Assembly: GCA_027069285.1 (NCBI GenBank)
Contig: JALXEW010000273.1
Coordinates: 1 to 37,571 of the forward strand
Direction: 5' to 3'
Length of the DNA stretch: 37,571 nt
Source: Ardenticatenia bacterium
GTDB taxonomy: Bacteria > Chloroflexota > Anaerolineae > Aggregatilineales > JALXEW01
Below the pieces are notes generated by a model. The model made no database searches. It was not told the origin of the DNA and saw only the letters and a program-made list of their open reading frames with translations. The position numbers and the translations under genes are program-made. Positions 29,759-37,571 of this stretch are shown one piece after another; the stretch's first letter is position 1, and each line of letters begins with the position of its first letter.

Positions 29759-30705
29759 TAGCGTGCCAACATCGAGGCGGCGATGACGGCCAGATCGTAG
29801 ACGAAATGGCCGATCACAGCGGCAGTAGTGTTAAAGCGCTCCCGGAGCCATCCGAACGCCAAAGCTATCCCGAACACCACCAATAGCGCCGGCCCGAATC
29901 CATACTGGACGTGCGAGAGCGCGAAGAACACCGACGTGGCCCAAAGCCCGAATATCGGTTGCAGAGCGCCCCGGTACAGCACCTCCTCACCGATGGCTGC
30001 TCCGGCTGCCACGATCAGCGCCTCGTGCCATGATCCCACCGCGCCCAGCAGCGCATCAACATCCGAAGATTGGCGACTCGCCCCTGCCGGATCGACCAAC
30101 GCCCACGCCGCCAGCGCCATATACTCCACAGCCAGAACCGCGAACGCCGTCACCGTCGCGGTCAAAAGCCCCTCGAAATCCGGGATACCCAGCCCAAGCC
30201 GCTTCAGCGCCTCAGCCGGCCCCCTCCGCATCCACATACCGACGCCGACCAATGAGGCCGCAGTCAGCGCCAGCGTATTGAGCGCGACCAGCGTCACCAT
30301 CCCCTCGGCTTCCAGCTCCGAGACCAGCCCGGTCACCCCGCCGGCCCTGGAAATATCGACCACCTGTTGCCAGATTGCCAGCAACAGCAACGCCGGCGCC
30401 AGCGTATGAACCGGCGAGTCGGGATCGAACCGGCGGGTGAAGAGAGGAGCCAGTGCCCTCCTGACCTGTGGCAGCAGCCATATCCACATAAGCACCCCCA
30501 TTCCCACCGAGAGGGCGGTAACGATCGGGTCGCTGCCGGCATATGGCCGGGTACCGAACCCGACGGCGATCATAAAGACGCCCATCATACCCAGCCCCGC
30601 ATAAAGGAGCCACCTGTACCAGGGATACCTCACCGCGTGATTGGCGAGCGCGATCACAAAGATCAGCGCCGCGAAACTGAGCATCACCGCGACCGACGCA
30701 CCCAC
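29758..30705 (-). CDS. CPBP (CAAX/Abi) family intramembrane glutamic endopeptidase
   Basis: GEEVLYRG, FALSH and HFVYD motifs; multiple TMs; SD GGAGG. Confidence 0.9.
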   Translation of the reverse strand: MGASVAVMLSFAALIFVIALANHAVRYPWYRWLLYAGLGMMGVFMIAVGFGTRPYAGSDPIVTALSVGMGVLMWIWLLPQVRRALAPLFTRRFDPDSPVHTLAPALLLLAIWQQVVDISRAGGVTGLVSELEAEGMVTLVALNTLALTAASLVGVGMWMRRGPAEALKRLGLGIPDFEGLLTATVTAFAVLAVEYMALAAWALVDPAGASRQSSDVDALLGAVGSWHEALIVAAGAAIGEEVLYRGALQPIFGLWATSVFFALSHVQYGFGPALLVVFGIALAFGWLRERFNTTAAVIGHFVYDLAVIAASMLAR

Positions 30706-30839
30706 ATCACACCTCCGTTTCCGCCTGATGTATCAACATCCTACCCGGCATCGCGCAACCGGGCCAGACCGGTTGGCATGGGAGAGCCTTTGCGTTATCC
30801 TGGATAAGGGATAAACACCGTTTGAGAGCAAGGTGAGAC

Positions 30840-31772
30840 GTGGCAAAAGTACCACAGCCCATCCCGTATCAGGGTAGCAAGCGTCGTGTAGCCGGGTTGA
30901 TACTTTCTTTTCTTCCGCCTGGCGTTGAGACCCTTATAGAGCCTTTTGCCGGTTCTGCTGCCGTATCACTTGCAGCAGCGGCGTATGGTAAAGCTTCCAG
31001 ATTCCACCTAAATGACCTCAATGCCGTGCTTATGGAGCTATGGCGAGAGATCATAGAGAGGCCGTATACCGTCATAGAGGGGTATAGGAGGCTATGGACG
31101 GAGCAGATCGGACGGGAGAAGGAATTCTACCATCTGGTACGTGACGATTTCAACAGAACCGGCGATCCCATTAAACTGCTTTACCTGCTTGCCAGATGTG
31201 TCAAAGCAGCAGTTCGCTATAACTCCAGGGGTGAGTTCAACCAATCCGCCGATAATAGACGGAAAGGCCGCCACCCAGATCGTATGGCTGCCGACATACT
31301 TGCCGCGTCGTGGCTCCTACGGGGCAGAGTGCGGCTTACCTCGGTGGATTATGCCGAAGTTGTCGATGAGATCGGTGAAAACGACGTTTTGTACCTGGAC
31401 CCGCCATACCAGGGTGTTTCCGCCGGGACAGACCCGCGTTACTATGGTGGCGTGGACTTCGAGAGATTCGTGAGCTACCTGGAGTCGTTGATCGAGCGTG
31501 GAGTCGCATTTATATTGAGTTACGATGGCCGCAGAGGACAAGCGGTATACGGGAACCCGTTGCCGTTCGGAGATGAACTTTACGGGATAGAAGTCGAAAG
31601 CGGTCGCTCGGCCCAGGCCACCTTGCTAGGGAGGAACGAAGTGACCTATGAGTCCTTGTACCTATCGCGAGCTCTGCTGGAACGGATAGGTCTCTCCCCA
31701 GGCGAATTAGCACACGGCTTCTGGGCCGGAGGTTTTGCTCAACTACCCTTACCAATGGCGGATCGGCTGTGA
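30840..31772 (+). CDS. DNA adenine methyltransferase (D12/Dam class, alpha group), M subunit of a type II R-M pair
   Basis: PYQGSKR, EPFAGS (motif I), YLDPPY (motif IV); locally lower GC (~50% in one 60-nt sample). Confidence 0.92.
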   Translation: MAKVPQPIPYQGSKRRVAGLILSFLPPGVETLIEPFAGSAAVSLAAAAYGKASRFHLNDLNAVLMELWREIIERPYTVIEGYRRLWTEQIGREKEFYHLVRDDFNRTGDPIKLLYLLARCVKAAVRYNSRGEFNQSADNRRKGRHPDRMAADILAASWLLRGRVRLTSVDYAEVVDEIGENDVLYLDPPYQGVSAGTDPRYYGGVDFERFVSYLESLIERGVAFILSYDGRRGQAVYGNPLPFGDELYGIEVESGRSAQATLLGRNEVTYESLYLSRALLERIGLSPGELAHGFWAGGFAQLPLPMADRL

Positions 31773-32497
31773 GCAGTGAGTTACTGCCCGACGAGATCGC
31801 GGCCCTTCTAAAATCGGTCAAGAGCAGGCGGGCTAAGATCGTCATAGAGCATATCGTCAAGCACGGCTTCGTGACTACCGAGGAACTGGAGAAAATATAC
31901 GGTTACAAGCATCCTCCCAGGGCGGCCCGGGACGTGAGAGAAGCCGGGATACCGTTGGAGACATTTAGAGTCAGGGCATCCAATGGACGTTGGATAGCTG
32001 CTTATAGACTCGGGGATGTCTCGGACATCATCGCCGGTAGAGCCGGAGGTAGAGAAACGATCCCAAAGGCCGTAAAAAGGGAATTATATTCCAAAAGCGG
32101 CGGGAGATGTGCTATATGCTATGCTCATTTCGAGCTTAGGTACCTGCAGGTGGATCATAGAGTTCCATATGAGGTATCCGGCGGCGGAAAAGGCGACCCC
32201 GCCGAATTCATGTTGCTTTGTGCCTCGTGTAACAGGGCCAAATCCTGGTCGTGTGAACATTGCGCGAATTGGCTGAGTGAGAAATCCGCCGACGTATGCC
32301 GACGTTGTTATTGGGCCGATCCGGAGAGCTACACCCACGTGGCACTGCTAGAAGTCAGGCGCGTGGATGTACAGTGGAGTGGGGAAGAGATAGAAGTATA
32401 CGAGCGGCTAAGGCGCGCTGCGCGAGATGGTGGTTTTCCGCTGCCGGATTATGTCAAAGCGATCATAGCCAAGTGCCTTAACGACAACAAGGGGTAG
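31769..32497 (+). CDS. HNH restriction endonuclease, SphI/NspI-like
   Basis: N-terminal winged-helix-like region (GYKHPPRAARDVRE), CAIC..LQVDHRVP..LCASCNRAK (HNH with Zn cysteines) and CEHC/CRRC. It resembles R.SphI as I recall it; GTGA overlap with the MTase. Confidence 0.85.
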   Translation: MSSELLPDEIAALLKSVKSRRAKIVIEHIVKHGFVTTEELEKIYGYKHPPRAARDVREAGIPLETFRVRASNGRWIAAYRLGDVSDIIAGRAGGRETIPKAVKRELYSKSGGRCAICYAHFELRYLQVDHRVPYEVSGGGKGDPAEFMLLCASCNRAKSWSCEHCANWLSEKSADVCRRCYWADPESYTHVALLEVRRVDVQWSGEEIEVYERLRRAARDGGFPLPDYVKAIIAKCLNDNKG

Positions 32498-32500
32498 GCC

Positions 32501-33517
32501 ATGCACATTGTACTGGACGCAATGGGAAGCGACGCACACCCGGTGCCCGATGTTGAAGGCGCAGTACTTGCGGCCAGGGAATACGGCATCTCACTCTCCC
32601 TGGTGGGGAATCGGGTGCTCATCGAACAGGAACTTCAAAAACACGATACCACCGGCCTGGACATCCGAGTGGTGCATACCGACGAGTTCATCAGCATGAC
32701 CGATAAACCGGTCGAGGCGGCAAAGGCCAAGCAAAACTCCTCGATGCACATAGGGATGCGCATGGTCGAAAGCGGAGAAGCCGACGCCTTCGTCACAGCA
32801 GGCAACACCGGCGGCGTGCTGGCCGTGGCCACACTCCACGTTCCCAGGCGCATACCCGGCGTCAAACGCCCCACGCTGACCACCATAATCAACATACGTG
32901 GCAACAGAATAGTGCTCACCGACATCGGCGCCAACGCCGAGTGCCGTCCGGAGCACCTGTATCAATTTGCCATCATGGCCGGGCTATATGCCGAGCGGGC
33001 GCTCGGAGTGCACAACCCTCGGATCGCGTTACTTTCCAACGCCGAGGAAGAGGGCAAAGGCACCGAGCTGGTGCGTGAGGCGGCCAAACTACTGGCCGCA
33101 AGCGATCTTAACTACATCGGCCCCGTGGAGCCAAAAGAAGTCCTGGCCGGCAAGGCCGATGCCGTGATAAGCGATGGCTTCAGCGGCAATATCCTGATCA
33201 AGAGCCTGGAAGCGATGGCAAGCACCATATTCGCCATGCTCAAAGACGAACTACCCAAATCCCCACTGACCGTGCTCGGCGGCCTGTTGGCCAGGCCGGC
33301 CTTCAAGCGGGTTTACAAACACCTGGACCCGTTTGAAATCGGCGGGGCGCCGTTACTGGGCGTCAACGGCGTGGTCATCATAGCGCATGGCCGTAGCAAT
33401 TCCAGGGGCATCAAAAACGCCATCCGCCAGGCCGTGAGAGCGGTGGAAGGAGACATCATAACCGCCATCAGGCGTGGGATCGCCGCCAATTCCGGCGCCG
33501 GCGCCACCTCGGAGTAA
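32501..33517 (+). CDS. plsX: Phosphate acyltransferase PlsX
   Basis: IVLDAMGSD..P, SSM, AGNTG, DIGANAE, DGFSGNILIKSLE, GGAPLLGVNG..HGRS. Confidence 0.96.
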   Translation: MHIVLDAMGSDAHPVPDVEGAVLAAREYGISLSLVGNRVLIEQELQKHDTTGLDIRVVHTDEFISMTDKPVEAAKAKQNSSMHIGMRMVESGEADAFVTAGNTGGVLAVATLHVPRRIPGVKRPTLTTIINIRGNRIVLTDIGANAECRPEHLYQFAIMAGLYAERALGVHNPRIALLSNAEEEGKGTELVREAAKLLAASDLNYIGPVEPKEVLAGKADAVISDGFSGNILIKSLEAMASTIFAMLKDELPKSPLTVLGGLLARPAFKRVYKHLDPFEIGGAPLLGVNGVVIIAHGRSNSRGIKNAIRQAVRAVEGDIITAIRRGIAANSGAGATSE

Positions 33518-33523
33518 CCACCT

Positions 33524-34789
33524 ATGGAACTGAGCAGGAACGGAACTCCCAGAGTTGTCATCACCGGAATGGCCGTACTCTCCCCACTGGGCAAACTCCA
33601 ACAGATGTGGGAAGGCCTCAAAGAGGGCAGATCGGGCATCAGCCTTATAGAAAGCTTTGACCTGAGCGACTTCCCGGTTCACATCGCAGGCGAGATCAAA
33701 GACTTTAACCCTGCGGACTACGGCCTGGGTCGCAAAGAAGCCCGACGCATGGCCCGTTCCTCACAATTCGTCATCGCCACCACAAAGCTGCTGATGGAGG
33801 ATGCCGGTCTCACCAAAGAGGCCATAGCGCCGGAAGCGGATCGAGTTGCCGTTGTAGTTGGGTCTGGCATGGCCGGGCACGAAATGGCAACGCGGGCCAC
33901 GCTGGAATACATGGCCCGTGGTCGCAAGCGTGCCAGTCCGTACGGACTGGTTGCCTCGATGATAAACGCCCCGGCCTTCTACGTGAGTCACGAAACCGGC
34001 GCGGTTGGGCACATAGTAGTTCCCTCCACGGCCTGCGCCACCGGCACCCAGAGCATTGGCGAAGCCGCCGAACTGATACGTCATGGCCGGGCGGACATGG
34101 CGATCGCGGGTGGGGTAGAAGCCCTGATACAGGACTACGCCATCGCCGGATTTGATGCCACAGGTGCCGTCACCCGTGACTACAACGACCGTCCGGAAGC
34201 TGCCAGCAGGCCATTTGACGGGCGCAGATCGGGCCTGGTTTTCAGCGAAGGGTGCGGGTTAGTTCTCCTGGAGAGCTTGGAGCACGCCCTGGCGCGCGAT
34301 GCTCGCATATACGCCGAAGTATTGGGCTACGGCGCCTCATCGGATGCCTATCACATCGCCGCCCCTGATCCCGAAGGCAAAGGGGCCGCGCTTGCCATCA
34401 GAAGGGCGCTTGAGGATGCCCGCATATCGGTTGACGAAATTGACTACATCAACGCGCACGCCACGTCCACCATCGCGGGCGATATAGCCGAGACGAAAGC
34501 GGTCAAACTGGCATTTGGCCCTCGCGCGTACGACCTGCCGATCAGCGCTCCGAAGAGTATGCTCGGCCACATGATGGGAGCCGGTGGCGCGGTCGAAACC
34601 ATCGCCTGCGTGATGAGCCTGCTTGATGGGGTGATACACCCAACCATCAACCAGGAATACCCCGACCCGGAGTGCGACCTGGATTACGTACCGAATCGGG
34701 CCAGGGACGCTAAACTAAACACAGTGCTCAAGAACTCGTTTGGACTGGGCGGGATAAACGCCTGCCTGGTGATCGGGAAAGTGCGATGA
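33524..34789 (+). CDS. fabF: Beta-ketoacyl-ACP synthase II
   Basis: RVVITGM, TACATG (Cys), SRPFD..R.G, YINAHATST (His), KSMLGH (His), NSFGLGG. Confidence 0.92.
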   Translation: MELSRNGTPRVVITGMAVLSPLGKLQQMWEGLKEGRSGISLIESFDLSDFPVHIAGEIKDFNPADYGLGRKEARRMARSSQFVIATTKLLMEDAGLTKEAIAPEADRVAVVVGSGMAGHEMATRATLEYMARGRKRASPYGLVASMINAPAFYVSHETGAVGHIVVPSTACATGTQSIGEAAELIRHGRADMAIAGGVEALIQDYAIAGFDATGAVTRDYNDRPEAASRPFDGRRSGLVFSEGCGLVLLESLEHALARDARIYAEVLGYGASSDAYHIAAPDPEGKGAALAIRRALEDARISVDEIDYINAHATSTIAGDIAETKAVKLAFGPRAYDLPISAPKSMLGHMMGAGGAVETIACVMSLLDGVIHPTINQEYPDPECDLDYVPNRARDAKLNTVLKNSFGLGGINACLVIGKVR

Positions 34790-35499
34790 GAAAAGAAATG
34801 CCACGTGGACTGATAGCCCTCACATTTGTGAGCGCGGCCTTGATCGTATTTGCCCTTTGGATGGTATTCGGGTATGCGCCGCGTGAAGCCGTGATGGGCG
34901 ACGTACAGCGGGTTTTCTACTTTCACCTCTCGGCCTTTATCGGCGCCTCGGTTGCCTTCCTGGGCACGCTGGTCGCATCCGTGGCCTACCTGCGAACCAG
35001 GAACCGCTCCTGGGATCGGATCGCCAAATCCTCTGTGGAGATCGGACTGGCGTTATCGGCCATGACAATACTATCCGGCCCGGTTTGGGCCTCGGTTGCC
35101 TGGAATGCGCTCTGGGCCTGGGACCCGCGCCTGACCGCCGTAGCGATCATGTGGCTGATATACGCCGCCTACCTGATGCTGCGTGGCGGGATAGACGATC
35201 CGGATAAAAGCGCCAGATTCGGTGCCGTATACGGCATAGTTGCCTTTGCCAGCGTGATCATGACATTTGTATTGCCGCGCGTGGTTTCCACATTTGGATC
35301 GCCACATCCGACGGTGATCGGCCCCGGCTCCGAAAGCGGCGGCTCCATGACCCTGACGCCGAAAATGAAGCACACACTTTACGTGAGCATGGTAGCCTTC
35401 GTCGTGCTCTACTTCACATTACTATGGCACCGTGTGCGTCTGGAAGAGCTGGCCGATAAAGTGCGAGAGCTACAGGCGCGGGCCTTTGAGCGCGATTGA
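34786..35499 (+). CDS. ccmC: Cytochrome c maturation heme-handling protein CcmC
   Basis: QRVFYFH (His), the WWD domain WASVAWNALWAWDPRLT, a second His in HP; 6 TMs. Confidence 0.88.
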   Translation: MRKEMPRGLIALTFVSAALIVFALWMVFGYAPREAVMGDVQRVFYFHLSAFIGASVAFLGTLVASVAYLRTRNRSWDRIAKSSVEIGLALSAMTILSGPVWASVAWNALWAWDPRLTAVAIMWLIYAAYLMLRGGIDDPDKSARFGAVYGIVAFASVIMTFVLPRVVSTFGSPHPTVIGPGSESGGSMTLTPKMKHTLYVSMVAFVVLYFTLLWHRVRLEELADKVRELQARAFERD

Positions 35500-35511
35500 C
35501 CGGAGGGGGAA

Positions 35512-35679
35512 ATGTACACCTTACAGCAGGCCACGCCGGATACATTCAACCTGATGCTACTGGGGTACGGCATCATATTCGGGATAGGGGCCGCATACAT
35601 AGCGTGGCTGGCGCTAAAGTGGCGTGCCCTACGGCGCCGGCTGCAGGCCCTGGAAGCCGCTGCTGGAGATGAGGATTGA
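35512..35679 (+). CDS. Small single-TM protein, CcmD-like (55 aa)
   Basis: MYTLQQATPDTFNLMLLGYGIIFGIGAAYIAWLALKWRALRRRLQALEAAAGDED; SD GGAGGGGG; directly after ccmC. Confidence 0.75.
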   Translation: MYTLQQATPDTFNLMLLGYGIIFGIGAAYIAWLALKWRALRRRLQALEAAAGDED

Positions 35680-35684
35680 CGGAA

Positions 35685-35708
35685 AGGCCGAGCTGATACG
35701 CTCGGCCT
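35685..35708. terminator. Hairpin terminator between the convergent ccmD-like and SCP2 genes
   Basis: AGGCCGAGC-TGATAC-GCTCGGCCT, a 9-bp perfect stem. Confidence 0.6.
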
Positions 35709-35764
35709 GTTCAGATTCGGAGTGGCGGGTGCCATAACGGCCTGGGCTGTCCGCGCGTCTGTGT

Positions 35765-36097
35765 CTATAGCCCGAAGATCACCTGCAACTTAAGCGCGGC
35801 GCCCATATCACCGTCTATCTTAAGCTTGCCCTGCATGAACGCGGCTGTTGCGTTTAACTCGCCGTTGCCGATCTTCAGGTAGTCCTCTGCCGTGGCGGTG
35901 ATCGTACAGGTTGGGTTTCCCGCCGTCCCCTCGGCAACCTCGCATTTACCTTCCGAGACCGTCATATACCATTGGCCGCCGCCCTCACCGGTCAGGTTAA
36001 ACTGGTACACCGCGTTCACCCCGGCTGCCTTTTCGGGATTGAACCTTGTGACCATATTCTCGAACAGGTCTTTGAGATTGTCGAACTTATCGGCCAT
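35765..36097 (-). CDS. SCP2 sterol/lipid-binding domain protein
   Basis: FNPEKAAGVNAVYQFNLTG.GGG.W, AFMQGKLKIDGDM; SD GGAGG before ATG 36097. Confidence 0.92.
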   Translation of the reverse strand: MADKFDNLKDLFENMVTRFNPEKAAGVNAVYQFNLTGEGGGQWYMTVSEGKCEVAEGTAGNPTCTITATAEDYLKIGNGELNATAAFMQGKLKIDGDMGAALKLQVIFGL

Positions 36098-36144
36098 TGT
36101 GGCTTTTCCTCCTGGTTTCTTTGCGAAAGGCCGGATCGGCAATA

Positions 36145-36173
36145 ACTTTAAGCGACAGGCGCGGTCGTGTCAA
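36145..36173 (-). promoter_or_regulatory. sigma70 promoter of the SCP2 gene
   Basis: Minus strand TTGACA - 17 nt - TAAAGT. Confidence 0.7.
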
Positions 36174-36341
36174 GCTTCATTCCCCTGCCATCTCCCGTTC
36201 TCCTTACGGCGTGGCCCTGGCTCGGACTCTCTGTGGCACAAACGTTCCATAGATGTCGGGCCGAGTCCGTTCGTAGTACAATCTTGCCGGGCAGGCGTGT
36301 CTGCTGTATATGTTTTATAGCACGATTCCGTATAATAAAAG

Positions 36342-36370
36342 TTGACATCACGCGAGAAAGGTGCTAAACT
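36342..36370 (+). promoter_or_regulatory. sigma70 promoter (extended -10) of the DUF364-NifX operon
   Basis: TTGACA (36342-36347) - 17 nt - TAAACT (36365-36370), with TG at 36362-36363 and an AT-rich upstream tract. Confidence 0.7.
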
Positions 36371-36371
36371 G

Positions 36372-37178
36372 ATGGGCGATGAGGAAAAATCGCAGAACGC
36401 ATACCCGGCAGATAAGCCGGTTCTGACAAAAGTGCTGGAATCTCTCCCGCCCGAACTCGACCTGAAGGCCGAGGCAGTATGGGTGGGTGTCCATTGGACG
36501 CTCGTGGTCGGGCGGCTCGGAGGGCAGACCTACGGTGGACTGGCCTCAACGCAGATGCCGGTGCACCAAGCCCACGGCCAGATCGACGTGGTCGGAGCGG
36601 GGGAGCTGCAACGGCATACCCTGCGGTGGTTGGCCGGGAACCTGGCCGCATCCGAGCGACCGATGGAAACCAGCATCGGCTGGGCGGCGGTGAACGCACT
36701 GTTAGCGGCAGCCGACCCCGGCTACAGGATGCAGGAGATCAACGCCGGTGAGCTGCTCATCGAGCGTGGGCGCGGCAAAAGAGTAGCTCTCGTGGGCCAC
36801 TTCCCGTTCATCGAGAGATTGCGGGAGGCCGTCGGGACGCTTTGGGTGCTTGAGCTGCGCCCCACCGGCAGTGAGCTGCCCGCCGAGGCCGCGCCAGAGG
36901 TGATGCCGCAGGCAGATGTGGTGGCGATAACCGGCACCACATTACTCAACGGCACCTTTGACGGCCTGATCCGGTTATGCCGACCGGATGCGCTGGTTGT
37001 GATGTTGGGGCCGACCACGCCGCTATCGCCGGTACTATTCGACTACGGCGTGGACGTGCTGGCAGGCGCCCGCGTGGATGATCCGGATACAGTTTTGCGG
37101 GTTGTCGGCCAGGGCGGGAACCTCCGGCAAATGCGGGGTGTGCGCCTGGTGACAATGACAAGGGAGGGAGCGAAGTGA
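36372..37178 (+). CDS. DUF364 (Rossmann-like, DUF4213 N-terminus) protein
   Basis: VGVHWT..GLAST, SIGWAAVNAL, VALVGHFP, VLEL.P, ITGTTLLNGT, LGPTTPL. The start is uncertain (36372 ATG or 36432 GTG). Confidence 0.85.
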   Translation: MGDEEKSQNAYPADKPVLTKVLESLPPELDLKAEAVWVGVHWTLVVGRLGGQTYGGLASTQMPVHQAHGQIDVVGAGELQRHTLRWLAGNLAASERPMETSIGWAAVNALLAAADPGYRMQEINAGELLIERGRGKRVALVGHFPFIERLREAVGTLWVLELRPTGSELPAEAAPEVMPQADVVAITGTTLLNGTFDGLIRLCRPDALVVMLGPTTPLSPVLFDYGVDVLAGARVDDPDTVLRVVGQGGNLRQMRGVRLVTMTREGAK

Positions 37179-37571
37179 AGATCGCCGCGATAACCGATGA
37201 CGGCGTGACCATAAGTCAACACTTTGGGCGTGCCCGGTTTTACAAAGTGCTGACGGTGGAAAACGGAGAGATCGTGGCCGAGGAAATGCGTGACAAACTT
37301 GGGCACCACAACTTCGGTGCCGAATCGCACGCAGAGGATGCCGACCCACGTGGGCACGGCTTTGGGCCATCGGCACAAGATCGTCATACCCGCATGGCAG
37401 CAGCGATCTCGGATTGCGAGGTACTGCTATGCCGTGGCATGGGCCGTGGCGCCTACGTCAGCATGGAACAGGCGGGCATTCGCCCGATAGTGACCGACAT
37501 TGAGGACATTCACCAGGCCGTCAGGGCATATCTAGACGACGAGATCGAAGATCACGTGGAGTACCTGCATT
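37175..37571 (+). CDS. NifB/NifX family (Fe-Mo cofactor binding-like) protein, truncated at or just before its stop by the window edge
   Basis: Manual translation MKIAAITDDGVTISQHFGRARFY..HGFG..H..DCEVLLCRGMGRGAY..AGI; GTGA overlap; absent from the ORF track because no stop is present. Confidence 0.88.
   Translation, partial: MKIAAITDDGVTISQHFGRARFYKVLTVENGEIVAEEMRDKLGHHNFGAESHAEDADPRGHGFGPSAQDRHTRMAAAISDCEVLLCRGMGRGAYVSMEQAGIRPIVTDIEDIHQAVRAYLDDEIEDHVEYLH

Noticed and set aside
30840-31772. Orphan Dam (GATC) methylase
   Set aside because: It is coupled to an SphI-like HNH endonuclease, which points to an R-M partner with a different site; the apparently depleted word is GCATGC.
36236-36247. 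LexA box-like GCAC-AAAC-GTTC
   Set aside because: It mismatches the GAAC core, does not overlap a predicted promoter, and the flanking genes are not SOS genes. No such box was seen upstream of ssb either.
37175-37571. Evidence for nitrogen fixation
   Set aside because: The NifB/NifX domain family is widespread in non-diazotrophs, and no nif structural genes are in the window.

Overview
GC-rich (~60% by eye) bacterial chromosomal segment. The gene repertoire and style suggest an anaerobic Chloroflexota (Anaerolineae-like) genome, but this is inference only. Most of the window is housekeeping: an MFS transporter with a lipoprotein cytochrome c, a sufCBDSU Fe-S operon with a consensus sigma70 promoter, an iron-sulfur flavoprotein, an M32 carboxypeptidase, a 7TM-PAS-GAF-GAF-PAS histidine kinase, transketolase, an SPFH protein, a GNAT, a clpB/rhomboid/ClpP-like/CPBP proteolysis cluster, plsX-fabF-ccmC(D), SCP2, DUF364 and a NifB/NifX-family gene. 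The most striking element is the ssb - DUF3467 - translin/TRAX - split Cas4 - tgt cluster, whose last five ORFs are translationally coupled. In it, a CRISPR-independent Cas4-type nuclease is encoded as two polypeptides, each with its own transmembrane helix, so the Fe-S cluster ligands and nuclease motifs are divided between two membrane-anchored subunits. Other notable items are an SphI-like m6A/HNH restriction-modification pair directly upstream of plsX (no GCATGC site found in a manual scan of the window), a stand-alone archaeal-type ThrRS editing domain with altered pocket residues, a 7TM sensor fused to a C-terminal HTH instead of a kinase, and two small membrane ORFs missed by the ORF track. 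No CRISPR array, rRNA, tRNA or transposase was seen.
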